A stretch of 56,744 nt of DNA, counting the filler, from Stramenopiles sp. TOSAG23-3 (taxonomy: Eukaryota): assembly GCA_900128585.1 (NCBI GenBank). It is 3 parts of 3 records of this genome, joined end to end, with 100 filler letters (N's around TTAATTAATTAA, not from the genome) between each part and the next. Parts side by side here need not be neighbours in the genome. Positions count along the whole stretch, not along the records: positions 37,920 to 56,744 come from LT642418.1; 2 more parts are not named here. The stretch is one strand, 5' to 3'. The translations under genes and the position numbers were made by a program. This document shows positions 40,597 through 51,288 of this stretch, piece after piece. Each line of letters begins with the position of its first letter. Within the stretch, counting starts at the first letter, position 1. The notes beneath the pieces were generated by a model. The model made no database searches and had not been told where the DNA came from. It worked only from the letters and a program-made list of their open reading frames with translations.

Positions 40597-41574
40597 ATGG
40601 CAGAGAATTCTTCCGCCGCCGAGGCTAAGGCGTTGGGTTCGAAAGAGGACTGGTACGTAAAGTTGATGAATGACAGGGTCATGGACATCATGAAACGAAT
40701 GGACGACCAGCACCTGCAATGCTGTCTTTTTTGTGGGCTGGTCCCGTCAAACCGGCGAGAAAACCGTTCAGCAATCCGGGGCCACATGGCAAATTGCACC
40801 ACTAGGAAAACTTTGGCGTGCGTGGAAGCATTGCGACAAAACAGTAGCAACGCTCCCCCCACCTTCAAAGACAGAAAAGCAAAGGACTTCGTCGATGCCT
40901 TCTACGAACGTGCCGGGTCCGTGGCGTTGGTTACGGAGGCCGTTGCGGCGATGGTGGCCCGCTGCCGTGCCGTAGTGGCGCCTCTTCTCGCAGAACACAC
41001 CGATGCGAAAAAGAGGGGCGATTGGGACAACAAAGTGAGCGCAGCGTTGAGGTTGGTCCAAGAGATAGTGCCGACGTACTTGCGGACGTTGCCCATTCCG
41101 ATGGCGCTGGGCGCGCCAGGTCGTGGGGGGGGCACATGTTCCGTTCTTCCCAACAAGGTAATCAACCCCCTGTTTGTGGAAGGGATGACCCTCTGTTTTT
41201 TCGCGCATATCGTGCAGCAGAACTTTCCATATCAAATCACGGCAGCGTTTCAGCACACCGTATTCGGCGAAAGGGCAGCCTCCCACGGGATAAAGGACCA
41301 GTCCCGAATCATTGCAAAGCAAATGTGGGCAGCATCCATCGTCGCGGCGAGCGAAGACGCGGAACGCCCAAGCGGCGGCAGCAGCAGCAGCCGCAGCAAA
41401 CGTGTAAACGGCGACAGTGTCGTGGTCCGGGTCCGACCGGACGCGGGGGACGGGACCACGATTAACAACTCAGGGACCGACTGGGCGGGCGGGGGCGGGG
41501 CACTCTGCGGGGGGGGGCGTCGCCCACGAGCTAATCCGGTACGGTTCCCGTTCTTTTGGGCGTGGGGAAAGTAG
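40597..41574 (+). CDS. Hypothetical protein (possible N-terminal part of the Myb gene)
   Basis: 325-aa GC-rich ORF with a possible zinc site (CLFC...H...C). Overlaps the Myb frame. Confidence 0.6.
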   Translation: MAENSSAAEAKALGSKEDWYVKLMNDRVMDIMKRMDDQHLQCCLFCGLVPSNRRENRSAIRGHMANCTTRKTLACVEALRQNSSNAPPTFKDRKAKDFVDAFYERAGSVALVTEAVAAMVARCRAVVAPLLAEHTDAKKRGDWDNKVSAALRLVQEIVPTYLRTLPIPMALGAPGRGGGTCSVLPNKVINPLFVEGMTLCFFAHIVQQNFPYQITAAFQHTVFGERAASHGIKDQSRIIAKQMWAASIVAASEDAERPSGGSSSSRSKRVNGDSVVVRVRPDAGDGTTINNSGTDWAGGGGALCGGGRRPRANPVRFPFFWAWGK

Positions 41575-41584
41575 TGGTCTAAAA

Positions 41585-42715
41585 ATGTGTGATGCGCAAA
41601 TCCGAGCGATCGCTCTGTCCGTTGGGGTGGTGGAGACAGATATGGTGGAGAGCAGCACCGACGAAGCCCCACAGTCAAAAACGTTAGAACCGCTATTTTC
41701 CAGCCTTCTGACCTCGTATGCTTGCGACCAGAGGGTCCAAGACGTAGTCAGGACGGACAACATCAGAAAGGCTTCAAGAAGAAAACATGTCGTGCGAGAA
41801 AGAAAATACCCATTGAAGGGAGGGCAGATACTGCTCCGTGCAAATCTCAACGAGTACGGACCCGCCCCCAATCCAGGCTACATCGATTTCATCAATAGCA
41901 TGGGCGAGGGGATCGAAGCCGAAGTTTCCGTCCAAGATGACCCGAAACTACAGCCTCATCCCAATCCACCGACGCCCGTAGCCTCCCGGGTCCAGGGCGC
42001 GGCAGTACACCACAAACGGAAACGAGAGAATATTGCAAGCAACGTGCCAGGCCGGCTAAGTATTACGGATCTTGTGGGCAGCACGGAAACGAACCCATTC
42101 ATGGGCGTAATGCTGATTCCAAAAAACGTCAGAAACAAAGGCGAGCGGAGGAGGAAGAAGAGCAAGTACCCGGTAAAGAAAAAACAATGGACGGAAGCGG
42201 CAGATGCAGAGCTGAAACGACTCATTGGCGCAGGGGGAAAAGATTGGAGGGAGATTACACTTCTGATGGACGGGTATAGCGAGGCCTCAGTGAAGCAGCG
42301 ATGGTATGAAAACCTTGCCCCGGGAATCACAAAGGGCTATTGGCTGACGGAGGAAGACGAAACCATACTGATGCTGAAGCAGAAGTTGGGAAATAAATGG
42401 ATCGAGATTGCCTCGTGCATGCCGGGGAGGACGGACAATATGATAAAGAACAGGTATTACAGTACCATGCGTCGTGTACGTAGAAATTTGACAGAATTCG
42501 GTAGGCGCAAGTTCATGAAAGGCGCGTACATTGCCCAAACGCACCTCGAGCGGGTGATTGTGGCACAACTTCGCTCTGGAAAACTTAACCCAAACCTGGA
42601 GATAAAGTTACACGATACCGCCAGCAGACAAAACAACTCGAGTGCTGGGTCCAGCAAAAGAAACACGAGCGCTGCGTCCAGCACAACAACTGGTGACCCC
42701 GAGACGAAGGTTTAG
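41585..42715 (+). CDS. R2R3-type Myb transcription factor
   Basis: WTEAADAELK...W..I...QRWYENLAPGITKGYWLTEEDETIL...GNKWIEIA..MPGRTDNMIKNRYY. Start uncertain. Confidence 0.9.
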   Translation: MCDAQIRAIALSVGVVETDMVESSTDEAPQSKTLEPLFSSLLTSYACDQRVQDVVRTDNIRKASRRKHVVRERKYPLKGGQILLRANLNEYGPAPNPGYIDFINSMGEGIEAEVSVQDDPKLQPHPNPPTPVASRVQGAAVHHKRKRENIASNVPGRLSITDLVGSTETNPFMGVMLIPKNVRNKGERRRKKSKYPVKKKQWTEAADAELKRLIGAGGKDWREITLLMDGYSEASVKQRWYENLAPGITKGYWLTEEDETILMLKQKLGNKWIEIASCMPGRTDNMIKNRYYSTMRRVRRNLTEFGRRKFMKGAYIAQTHLERVIVAQLRSGKLNPNLEIKLHDTASRQNNSSAGSSKRNTSAASSTTTGDPETKV

Positions 42716-43021
42716 CGGGGAAGGGGGGGGCGAACGATTTTGGAATTTGCATGTGGTATGTCCGTAAATGAAACTACTCGCACGTAATATTTACAAAAAA
42801 TTAATCCGACGCCTTGGGTAAATATATTTTTTAAATCCCAAAAAAACCTGAGAGAACACACCCAAATAAAATTATTAAGACTACACCGTGTCTGATAACA
42901 TCGATTTGCCAGTGCTATGTTTGAAAGAGACAAAGACATTTCTTTTCAAGGCACTCAAAAGTCATCCTAACCACCCTCCAGGGCGCTCGTGATGTTACCT
43001 TTTTTAGTCGGCCTTTCCCTC

Positions 43022-43327
43022 TCAGTGCCCTTTCGTTTTCGCGATATGCTCCTTCATCTTTTCCTCCATTTCGGTAAAATTATTCTGCGCTTGCATCAGC
43101 GCGTCTCTTCCTACTACCAGTAACCGTGCTATTATCATGGGGTCCATCTCCATTCGCGCCTGCTCAAACTCGCTTCTTGCGGAGTGAGCCAATACTTTCG
43201 ACCACTCTTCCCCGTCCTCGTTAGGCCAGTAGAACGCCCGAGCGGTCCTCAATATTTCCCTGTACAGCTGGATCGCTTCACGGTTCGTAGGTGGTCGAAA
43301 AATCTGTATTGGCGGTTTTGGTGGCAT
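43022..43327 (-). CDS. LYR-motif protein
   Basis: AIQLYREILRTARAF.W...SARSEFEQAR.E.DP..IARLL..GR. Confidence 0.85.
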   Translation of the reverse strand: MPPKPPIQIFRPPTNREAIQLYREILRTARAFYWPNEDGEEWSKVLAHSARSEFEQARMEMDPMIIARLLVVGRDALMQAQNNFTEMEEKMKEHIAKTKGH

Positions 43328-43922
43328 GCTCACTCTTCTTCTCCTCGACGGCCCTCGAATATCAAACCAAACAAGGTAGCGAACCACACAACAATCCTAA
43401 ATTGTTTCCTCCCGGCCTATGTTTGCAGTGCCTACAGAAATGTTTCTTGTGCTTATTGCTACGCGATCAATTTCAACCACGTGAAAACTAATAATCCAAG
43501 TACCTCTCTACTACTTCGTCAAAGACAAATGAGGAGACGGTAAGACGGAGAACTTTCTTCGCTTTTTTTCTTTCTTCTTCTTCCGCGCTTCTTGCTTCTT
43601 CTTCGTTGTTTGTTCTCTCTCTTTTTCCTTTCGTTCTTCTTCTATTTTAGCCTCTATGAAATTTAATAATGTAAAGAATACATATATATACAGTCATCCA
43701 TTTTTTTTCTGGTATTGTTGTTGTACAACTACTGAATAATATTATTTAATATATTTCATACGGAGAGGAGTAAAAATATATCATTCATTCATTATGTTGT
43801 GTCTCTCTAAAAAAAAAATTCCTAATAACTGGCACCAATACCATGCATTGTATTTTTAAATTAATATCTCCTTTTTTTCTTCTCGACCACCGACCATTTG
43901 AAACAACGTTTGCTGCAACAAA

Positions 43923-44528
43923 CTACCCCGTGTGTGAAGTTCTTTGGTACAGCTGCACCCATGGTTCTTTCGTGTAAAACTTCGGGTCGCCCAAGCGCAA
44001 CACCGTGCGCACGCTGACGACGTAATAGATGCATGCGACCAATTTGTGGCCGACGGTCAACGGGAAGTATAGCGAACGGGTCCATAGCGACAAGTACGGG
44101 TTGCCGGCCTGGATGTGCGCCATACGTTCTAACCCAAGAATTGCCGTCCAAACAATGTATACGACCGTCACGACTAAAACTTCTTTGAAATGTTTGCTCA
44201 ACAAGCTGATCAAGCCTACCCTGAACAGGTAGGTCCCACAAAGCAAAAGGAAAAAAATGACGAAGGACAATATTTGCCCTACAACTTGAGCGCCAAACAA
44301 AATCATCGTAACGGTGTTCCGTTGTCGCGCCGACACTGGTTCGTCGTGATCGACAGAGCTATTGAACCCAATATCTATAAGAACAAATATGCACATGAAA
44401 ACGATCTTGACCATGTACCACAACCGAATCTCTGAATAATCGACTGCTGTCTTCGTCGTCCAATCATGGTTATGACTATCTATCTCAGCGTAATCCAACC
44501 GCTGCTGCAAGGTTTTTGAAAGCACCAT
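43923..44528 (-). CDS. TMEM138: Ciliary transmembrane protein 138
   Basis: TYLFRVGL..L...F and YY....T.LRLGDPKFY motifs. Confidence 0.85.
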   Translation of the reverse strand: MVLSKTLQQRLDYAEIDSHNHDWTTKTAVDYSEIRLWYMVKIVFMCIFVLIDIGFNSSVDHDEPVSARQRNTVTMILFGAQVVGQILSFVIFFLLLCGTYLFRVGLISLLSKHFKEVLVVTVVYIVWTAILGLERMAHIQAGNPYLSLWTRSLYFPLTVGHKLVACIYYVVSVRTVLRLGDPKFYTKEPWVQLYQRTSHTG

Positions 44529-45813
44529 TGTTCCACGCACGACTGGCTGGCTGGGACTCCTTTCTTTTTTCTAACGACTCCTTGAATTAATCTATACTGT
44601 ATCTACAGCGAGCAAGATATTCAACTTACCGCTTAATATTTTTCCCGTTCTATCATTTCATCAAACGCATCCGTTGCAAATATGTTTACTCTGTTGGTTC
44701 TCGGCGTTCCTTCTTCTTCTTTTTTTTTCTTTTTCTTCATCATCACTACTACTACAGCTACTACAACAAACAAAAACAACTCACATTCTTCCTTCTTCTT
44801 TTTTTTCCTCCACCATGTTGTGTTTATGTTTTATATTTAAAAAAAAGCAAATAATAATTATTATTTTATTTTGAAATGGTATTATACATTGAATAGCATA
44901 AAAAGCTGAAATAACCGTCATCAGTCAGCAGTGTAAATAATAAATAAATAAAAAATGTTTTTTTAATTTATTTTGGATTATTGCTTTTGTCAAGTTAAAC
45001 GTTACATGGTACACGGTGTGTTATTATTATTTCAATAATAAATATGAAATTATCAAATTCAATGGAATAATTATATACTATTATATAGTCTAATATTATA
45101 TTATACCTATTTAAATGTTGTTTAAACTTAAACAGAATATAGCTGCATCAGCACAGGCCGGCAGCAAATAAGAAAAAGAATAAAAAATAAAAGAGAAGAA
45201 GAAGAAGAAGAAGAAGAAGAAGAAGAAGAAGAAGAAGAAGAAGAAGAAGAAGAAGAAAGAAGAAGAAAGAAAAAAAAGAAGAAGAAAGAAGAAGAAAGAA
45301 GAAGAAAGAAGAAGAAAGAAGAAGAAAGAAGAAGAAAGAAGAAGAAGACGAAATAAAAGAAGAAAAAAGAAGAAGAAAAAAAGAAGAAAAAAGAAGACGA
45401 AAGAAAAAAAGAAAAAAAAAAGAAGAAAAAAAGAAAGAAGAAGAAAACAACAACAAAACAAACAAAAAATACAAAAAAAATTATACTATTACAGCAGTAT
45501 TAATAGTCTAATAATTAATTTTAAAAAATATAATAATAATAATTAATAATAAATACACCCCCCCCCACACCACCACAGACCACCACAGATTACACAATAA
45601 AAAAAATAATAATAAATATAATGAAAAAAATTGAATTGAAATTGAAGTTGGAACAGATGCACATAGATGTATATAAATAAAATGGAAAGAATGAAAAGAA
45701 AAGTAAGAAAAAAAAGGGTACAAGGTATTTAAACATTTTTTATTGCCATTAGGAAGAAAAATCGTTTTTCTGTTTACAACCCAGTGTGCATACGCCTGTT
45801 CGAAAGAACCATC

Positions 45814-46821
45814 ATGGTAAAAGTAAATTCGAGTGCCGGGCCATCGTCGGCACCCTCGACGCTCCAAACCTCTGTGGGTGCCCCGTTGCCAGGAGGCTCC
45901 AACCCGAAGTTGACAACTGGTTCAAACGCGAAGGTTTTAAAATCTCCCGATCCCGCCCCCCTGAAACATACGGCGGCGATAACGCACCTTGACAAGATCA
46001 TAGAACTTGGTCAGTTCCCGAAGACGCAAGAGTTCATCAGAGCCCGTCGGTCCGCGCAGAGGTGCACGAAATACAACGTCAAACGCTTGAACCTACTGCA
46101 GGAAGAGGTTACGCAGTTGAAGGCGACGATTCGAACTTTGAAACGACCGAGGACAACGGAGAAGGATCTTGCCAAAATAGGGTTGCAAAATGGAAAGCTA
46201 GCTATTCGCGCGATCAAGCGAGAACATTTTATGTTTAAAAGTGTCGCGGAAATTACCGACGAATATTTCAAATCTCTTCTGGATCAAACCCCAATTGGGA
46301 AACCAGATTGGAAGTTATTGCGAAAGAAACTTATAGCGGACAGGAGAAACAGGGTTATTGTTCAAAAACACACGACCTTGTGCACGTCGACTCACGCAAC
46401 TCAAAACACAATGTGGGACTTCGAACGCAAAGACCAAATGGGGATTCTCCTGATGCTTGCGCAGCGGGCCACGGGGTCGCAGCGCGGTTTGAAATATTTT
46501 CGGACGTACATGACGGAATCGAAGTTTCTCCTGTCCGACTGCTGGACGCTGGATGCCGCAACCATAAAGAAAAACCGTTCCTTGAAAAAACGAAGGGAAA
46601 CTATAGCGATGAAAAAGGCCGCAGCCGGGTTGTTGCCGCCAGGGCACACGCCGGCTCCGAAGTCCAAGTCGAAAAGAGTACCGCTCCCAAGCCGTCGGCC
46701 GGCCGCCATGACTGCCCGGGGTGATAAGCAAACAGAAGTGGATCCGAATGTGGATCATTCTGAATTGCAGCCGGAAGACGGTGAGGAAGACGATGAGGGA
46801 CAACTTTTGGCGACTATTTGA
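45814..46821 (+). CDS. Hypothetical basic protein
   Basis: 335-aa ORF with coding-like GC between AT-rich flanks. No family recognised. Confidence 0.65.
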   Translation: MVKVNSSAGPSSAPSTLQTSVGAPLPGGSNPKLTTGSNAKVLKSPDPAPLKHTAAITHLDKIIELGQFPKTQEFIRARRSAQRCTKYNVKRLNLLQEEVTQLKATIRTLKRPRTTEKDLAKIGLQNGKLAIRAIKREHFMFKSVAEITDEYFKSLLDQTPIGKPDWKLLRKKLIADRRNRVIVQKHTTLCTSTHATQNTMWDFERKDQMGILLMLAQRATGSQRGLKYFRTYMTESKFLLSDCWTLDAATIKKNRSLKKRRETIAMKKAAAGLLPPGHTPAPKSKSKRVPLPSRRPAAMTARGDKQTEVDPNVDHSELQPEDGEEDDEGQLLATI

Positions 46822-47546
46822 ATTGGTATATTATCGTGTGCCCATGCGGGCAGTGCCTTAAATTCACGTTCGCGCTCGCAAATAGATTTAATACTGTTTA
46901 ATATATATGAGATGTTTTAGAAATTTGCCAATTAGTGACAGTTCACAAGAAATGGAGGAAGTGGATTATGGCACGCCAGAATTTAGGGAGGAATTTGAAG
47001 ATTATAATTGGGATGAAGAGCGGACAATCATTTATTCTACACTTAGAAGTAACAAAAATATTGAGAAATTGTTTCATTGGTTTAATATTCATGGCTCGGT
47101 TTATTGAATTCATTATAGAGTGATAAAAATATTTTAATTACAGAACCAAGTTAAATGATATTCATATGATTCCAATGATATCACTTTCGGTAATATTTTA
47201 ATATTCTTTTTATTGTATTATTTTTTATTATCACCACATCGTCGTCGTTGTTGAGGAGTGGTGGTGAGAAATTTATATTTTTTTTATGAGGGAGAGAGGA
47301 GAGAGGAGTGATTGTTGTGAATAATAATTAGTGAGCATCAAAAATATTCTTTGTACTTAAAAGCAGAACATGTGATTAAAGAAAATAGAATGACTAATAA
47401 TGTTTATTTTGATCGATTTAGTGGTGGTGCGTTATCCAATTTTTTCTGTTAAGAGTTTGTTTTCAAACCTAAATGTTTGTGTATTATAGCTATACTATTT
47501 GTATTTATCGGCATTGAATGCATACGGAGCTGGTCAATACGAGATC

Positions 47547-48392
47547 ATGAACGGTTTGGATCGTGGTGGGATCTTTCGCTTGAAAGAAGAACTTTCTAAT
47601 TTGAGGCAAACGTTTGTAAAGTCTACTTCCGATGAATATAGAAGGTCTTCGGGCCTGGAAAAACTTGTTCGTTTTGAACAATCGGGCTCCGCGTTGGCAA
47701 AGCTTCAAGAACTTTCAAAGCAGGCTACCCGAAACTCCGACGGGTATGAAAAATCCATGGCCGGCTATGATGCATCGCCGTCATCATCAGAATCCCTTAG
47801 GGACTCGAATGCCAGCTCTTCCTCGGAGACAATGCGAAAGCAAGGCCAACGTGACCATTTGAGTTACAGGCAACCATTCCTGGTATCACAGTTGCAAGAG
47901 AGCCGGAGACATAGTGACATTGCTTGGGAAAAACTAATGGGCCTCCGAAAGGATAGATTAGCAGACAATGAGGTGAAAAATAGACACAAAACAAAATTGC
48001 TCTTAGACTTGATGGTATCTCGATCTACACTTACTGAAAAAATCCAATACTCACCACAAAAGTGTGATCGCATACTGGTTGATGGCCCGAAAGAAAAGGA
48101 GCTCTCTATGGGGTCTTTCCTAAACTTGGATTCAAAACGAACACCCTTCTTAGACTACCAACCGAGGACGAGGGCATTCAAAACGTGGGAAGACAACCTT
48201 AGAAACAGGTGCAGCAATGCACTGATTCGGAAAGCCCATGGACACCCGGGCGAACCCCCCGTGCCCTGTGAAGAACGCTTCAGCACTGCTAGTGATCATG
48301 GGATTAATGATGAGGCTCTAGAACGGCTTAATCAAGAGCGTGAGACAATAAGTAAAAACCATTTTGCAAGCGACTGGGCAAAGAGTTTTTAA
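47547..48392 (+). CDS. Hypothetical protein
   Basis: ~280-aa ORF with coding-like composition. Start uncertain. Confidence 0.6.
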   Translation: MNGLDRGGIFRLKEELSNLRQTFVKSTSDEYRRSSGLEKLVRFEQSGSALAKLQELSKQATRNSDGYEKSMAGYDASPSSSESLRDSNASSSSETMRKQGQRDHLSYRQPFLVSQLQESRRHSDIAWEKLMGLRKDRLADNEVKNRHKTKLLLDLMVSRSTLTEKIQYSPQKCDRILVDGPKEKELSMGSFLNLDSKRTPFLDYQPRTRAFKTWEDNLRNRCSNALIRKAHGHPGEPPVPCEERFSTASDHGINDEALERLNQERETISKNHFASDWAKSF

Positions 48393-48565
48393 AACAGTTC
48401 CCCTGGTTATGAAAAACAAATTATATATAGTATGATATGTTTTTAAGTCAATAAAGAAAAGAAAAAAGAAGGTAAAACCGTTCAAGAACCCAAACTCCTC
48501 CTTGATATTAAATTATTCCTGGTGTTATAATTTTTTGTTCTTTAATCATTATGTTAAATAAAAAG

Positions 48566-48616
48566 CAAGAAAATTGGCTGTTATTTAAGTTACTTAAATA
48601 ACAGCCAATTTTCTTG
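48566..48616. repeat. Perfect 25-bp-arm palindrome (family B)
   Basis: CAAGAAAATTGGCTGTTATTTAAGT-T-ACTTAAATAACAGCCAATTTTCTTG. Confidence 0.95.
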
Positions 48617-48674
48617 TGTTTTAAATTAAATTTAGCTTCCTCATACAAAAGCCAATTTGTTTCAATACTTTAAA

Positions 48675-48893
48675 ATGGCTTCTTTATCCGATATGATGAC
48701 TCACAAACTAATAAAACGAGGTGACACTATTTCGTTCACCTTCAAAGGCAATCATTTCAGTGCAACTATCCTGGACGGAGGCATGATAGGAAAGTGTACT
48801 ATAAAGAGGGTCCACGATACGGAACCACAGGTAAATTTTTTTATGCGGAGCCACTACATTTTACTGAAAAAAGGCCAATTTATTGAGCGATAA
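48675..48893 (+). pseudogene. RAMA-domain-like gene fragment
   Basis: SLSDMMTHKLIKRGDTISFTFKGNHFSATILDGGMI resembles the RAMA N-terminal half. Followed by CAG|GTAAAT and AT-rich sequence. Confidence 0.45.
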
Positions 48894-48941
48894 TGGTATA
48901 ATACACCTGTATATAAAAAAACCTTTTCTGCGCCACAGCTT

Positions 48942-50477
48942 CTATGAGCCACTGTCTCCAAAATCTTTTCCGGCTGTCTCCGGCACACATTTCCATACGA
49001 ATATAGCAGAGAAAATGGACATGAGAATGTAAAGGCCAAACAGGAAAACGCTCCCTAGTGCAGCTGAGTCACCTGCTATAGAGGCAAAAAAATCCTTTAG
49101 TATGGGAAAAGACAAAGTAACTCCGAAGTTTGCAATCCAGTTTGCAGCCCATGATATAGCAACTCCTTTCGTCCGAAAATCATTTGAGAAAAGCTCGCTG
49201 GTTACGATGTATGGCATGGGTCCTAGAGACAAAGAAAAGGCAATCCGGAAGAGAAGCATACCAAGAACTGCTAGCCATGGAGCAAGCATTGACTGTGATG
49301 TCTGGACTGAAATAACATAAAATGCTGAGGCAAGAATGGAAAGCCCAACAATCATGAGTGCAATACCAATCATAGCCAAGGGTTTTCTGCCTACACGATC
49401 GATCAAGCGCATCAATACAAAGATGACAACCAATTGCGCAACTGACACTCCTGCTGATAACGATATTGCTGCAACATCTTGAAAACCTGCATTATTCAAA
49501 ATTTGAGGGCCGAAATAAATAACAACATTTATTCCGCACACCTGTTGTAGTACATTTATCCCAACGCCAGCAATTAGTGCCTGTCGTATATTGCTATCGC
49601 AGATACTGGTAACAGCTGTTGTAGGCTGCGGTTGCCCTCCGTTAGGACCTAGGTGCAATGTCTGTGGATAAGATTGTAATCCAAGTGCATTTAAAGAACT
49701 CGAAGCCTCTTCGAATCGACCCTTGGCCTTTAACCAGCGGGGACTTTCAGGTAGATAACCAAAGCATGCCGTTGAAAGGATACATTGAAGCAATGCTGGG
49801 GCAGACCCAATGCCAAGCATTAATCTCCATACTTGTGCACTACCAATTTGAGCACCAACAATACTTGAAAATATGTAGGCAAACAGTATTCCTGCTGTAA
49901 CCGAAAATGCCCCATAACCACCTAATTGACCCCTACAGAACGCGGGAGAAATTTCTGAAATGTACAAGTTACAAATCGAAGAATTAATACCAACGCCAAA
50001 GCCTGTAAAAATTCGCGCAGCAACGAGTATCCAAAAAGTATTTGCGCAAGCCATGATAATGGGTCCAAAAACAAAGAATACGTTTTGGAACGTATGCGCT
50101 CCGCGAGAACCAATTATGTTGTACACGGGGCTGGCAGCAAGAGCCCCAACGCACCCACTCAATAATATACACGATACAAGAACGCCCTTTTTCCAGTCTG
50201 TCAGATATCCTCCACTTTTGGACGATGGCAAAGACTCTGAACTCCAAAATTTAGCATCTTTGTCCAAGTAAAGCTCAGCGCCTGCTATGGATGCAGTGTT
50301 GTATCCAAAACAAAAGGCGCCAATTGCTGCGTTGAGTACCACCTGGCGTAACTTCGATGGTATGTTGTGGTTGTCTTTCCGAGTGCCTGAGGCTCTTCCA
50401 TTTTCAGCGCGGACAACTACACTCCCCTCGACGACGGTTAAAAATTCTTTTGGTTGATTTAAAAGCGGGTCTTCCAT
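48942..50477 (-). CDS. MFS sugar porter family transporter
   Basis: FGYNTA, YISEISP...RG, PESPRWL, QQVCGINVVIYF, DRVGRK, PETAG. Confidence 0.95.
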   Translation of the reverse strand: MEDPLLNQPKEFLTVVEGSVVVRAENGRASGTRKDNHNIPSKLRQVVLNAAIGAFCFGYNTASIAGAELYLDKDAKFWSSESLPSSKSGGYLTDWKKGVLVSCILLSGCVGALAASPVYNIIGSRGAHTFQNVFFVFGPIIMACANTFWILVAARIFTGFGVGINSSICNLYISEISPAFCRGQLGGYGAFSVTAGILFAYIFSSIVGAQIGSAQVWRLMLGIGSAPALLQCILSTACFGYLPESPRWLKAKGRFEEASSSLNALGLQSYPQTLHLGPNGGQPQPTTAVTSICDSNIRQALIAGVGINVLQQVCGINVVIYFGPQILNNAGFQDVAAISLSAGVSVAQLVVIFVLMRLIDRVGRKPLAMIGIALMIVGLSILASAFYVISVQTSQSMLAPWLAVLGMLLFRIAFSLSLGPMPYIVTSELFSNDFRTKGVAISWAANWIANFGVTLSFPILKDFFASIAGDSAALGSVFLFGLYILMSIFSAIFVWKCVPETAGKDFGDSGS

Positions 50478-51288
50478 TGCATTGCTTCGATATCCTCTAC
50501 GTTTATTACACACATCGCTCGCAACGATTATATCCGTGCTGTGGGAACGCAGCAGCTGATACATGCGTCACGCTGCGTGGTTTGGCTCGGATTTGTGGCG
50601 GTGTGCAACAAGGTCGATTCACTACAGTAGTAATAATAATATTCTATTTCACATTCTTCTTCTTCGTTTACTTTTATTTGTTTATTTTAATTATTATATT
50701 ATATTAAAAATTACATCAAAATAAATCATATTTTTTTTTTTTTAAAAAATTATTTATTATTAATAATTGACTACTGTAGTCGTCTATTATATTTTTATTA
50801 TCTTTTTTTTTACTATTTTATTATTACTAGTCTAACTAGTATTTATTACAACGCAGACTACGATTACCGGTAGCCCTATAGAGTATACATATATAAGAAA
50901 AGACACTGGTGGTATCCAGAAGATGCCATCGTAGTCGTCTATTAATAATTAACCTATCTAGAATAATTAAAGGTTAATAAATATTATGCTGTTATCATAT
51001 TAATTATGTTACGAGAGAGGCGCCGAACGCCGGATGAACGAACGAACTAACGACGCTCTCAGTGGAACCTTGCGACGCCACTTTGACTCCTCCGTTTTAC
51101 AAGCACCGTTTGCACGCATCACGTCTGGGTGATCATCAGATTGCTCGTAGTATGTTATACGGCACTCAAAAATTTATACATAAGAAAGAAGATAAACCGT
51201 TCAAGAACCAAAACTCCTCTTTATTCCAGAATAAATACAAATTCTGGCGATAGCGACCGACTCTGTTTTGTATTTGTTTGGGTACTTG

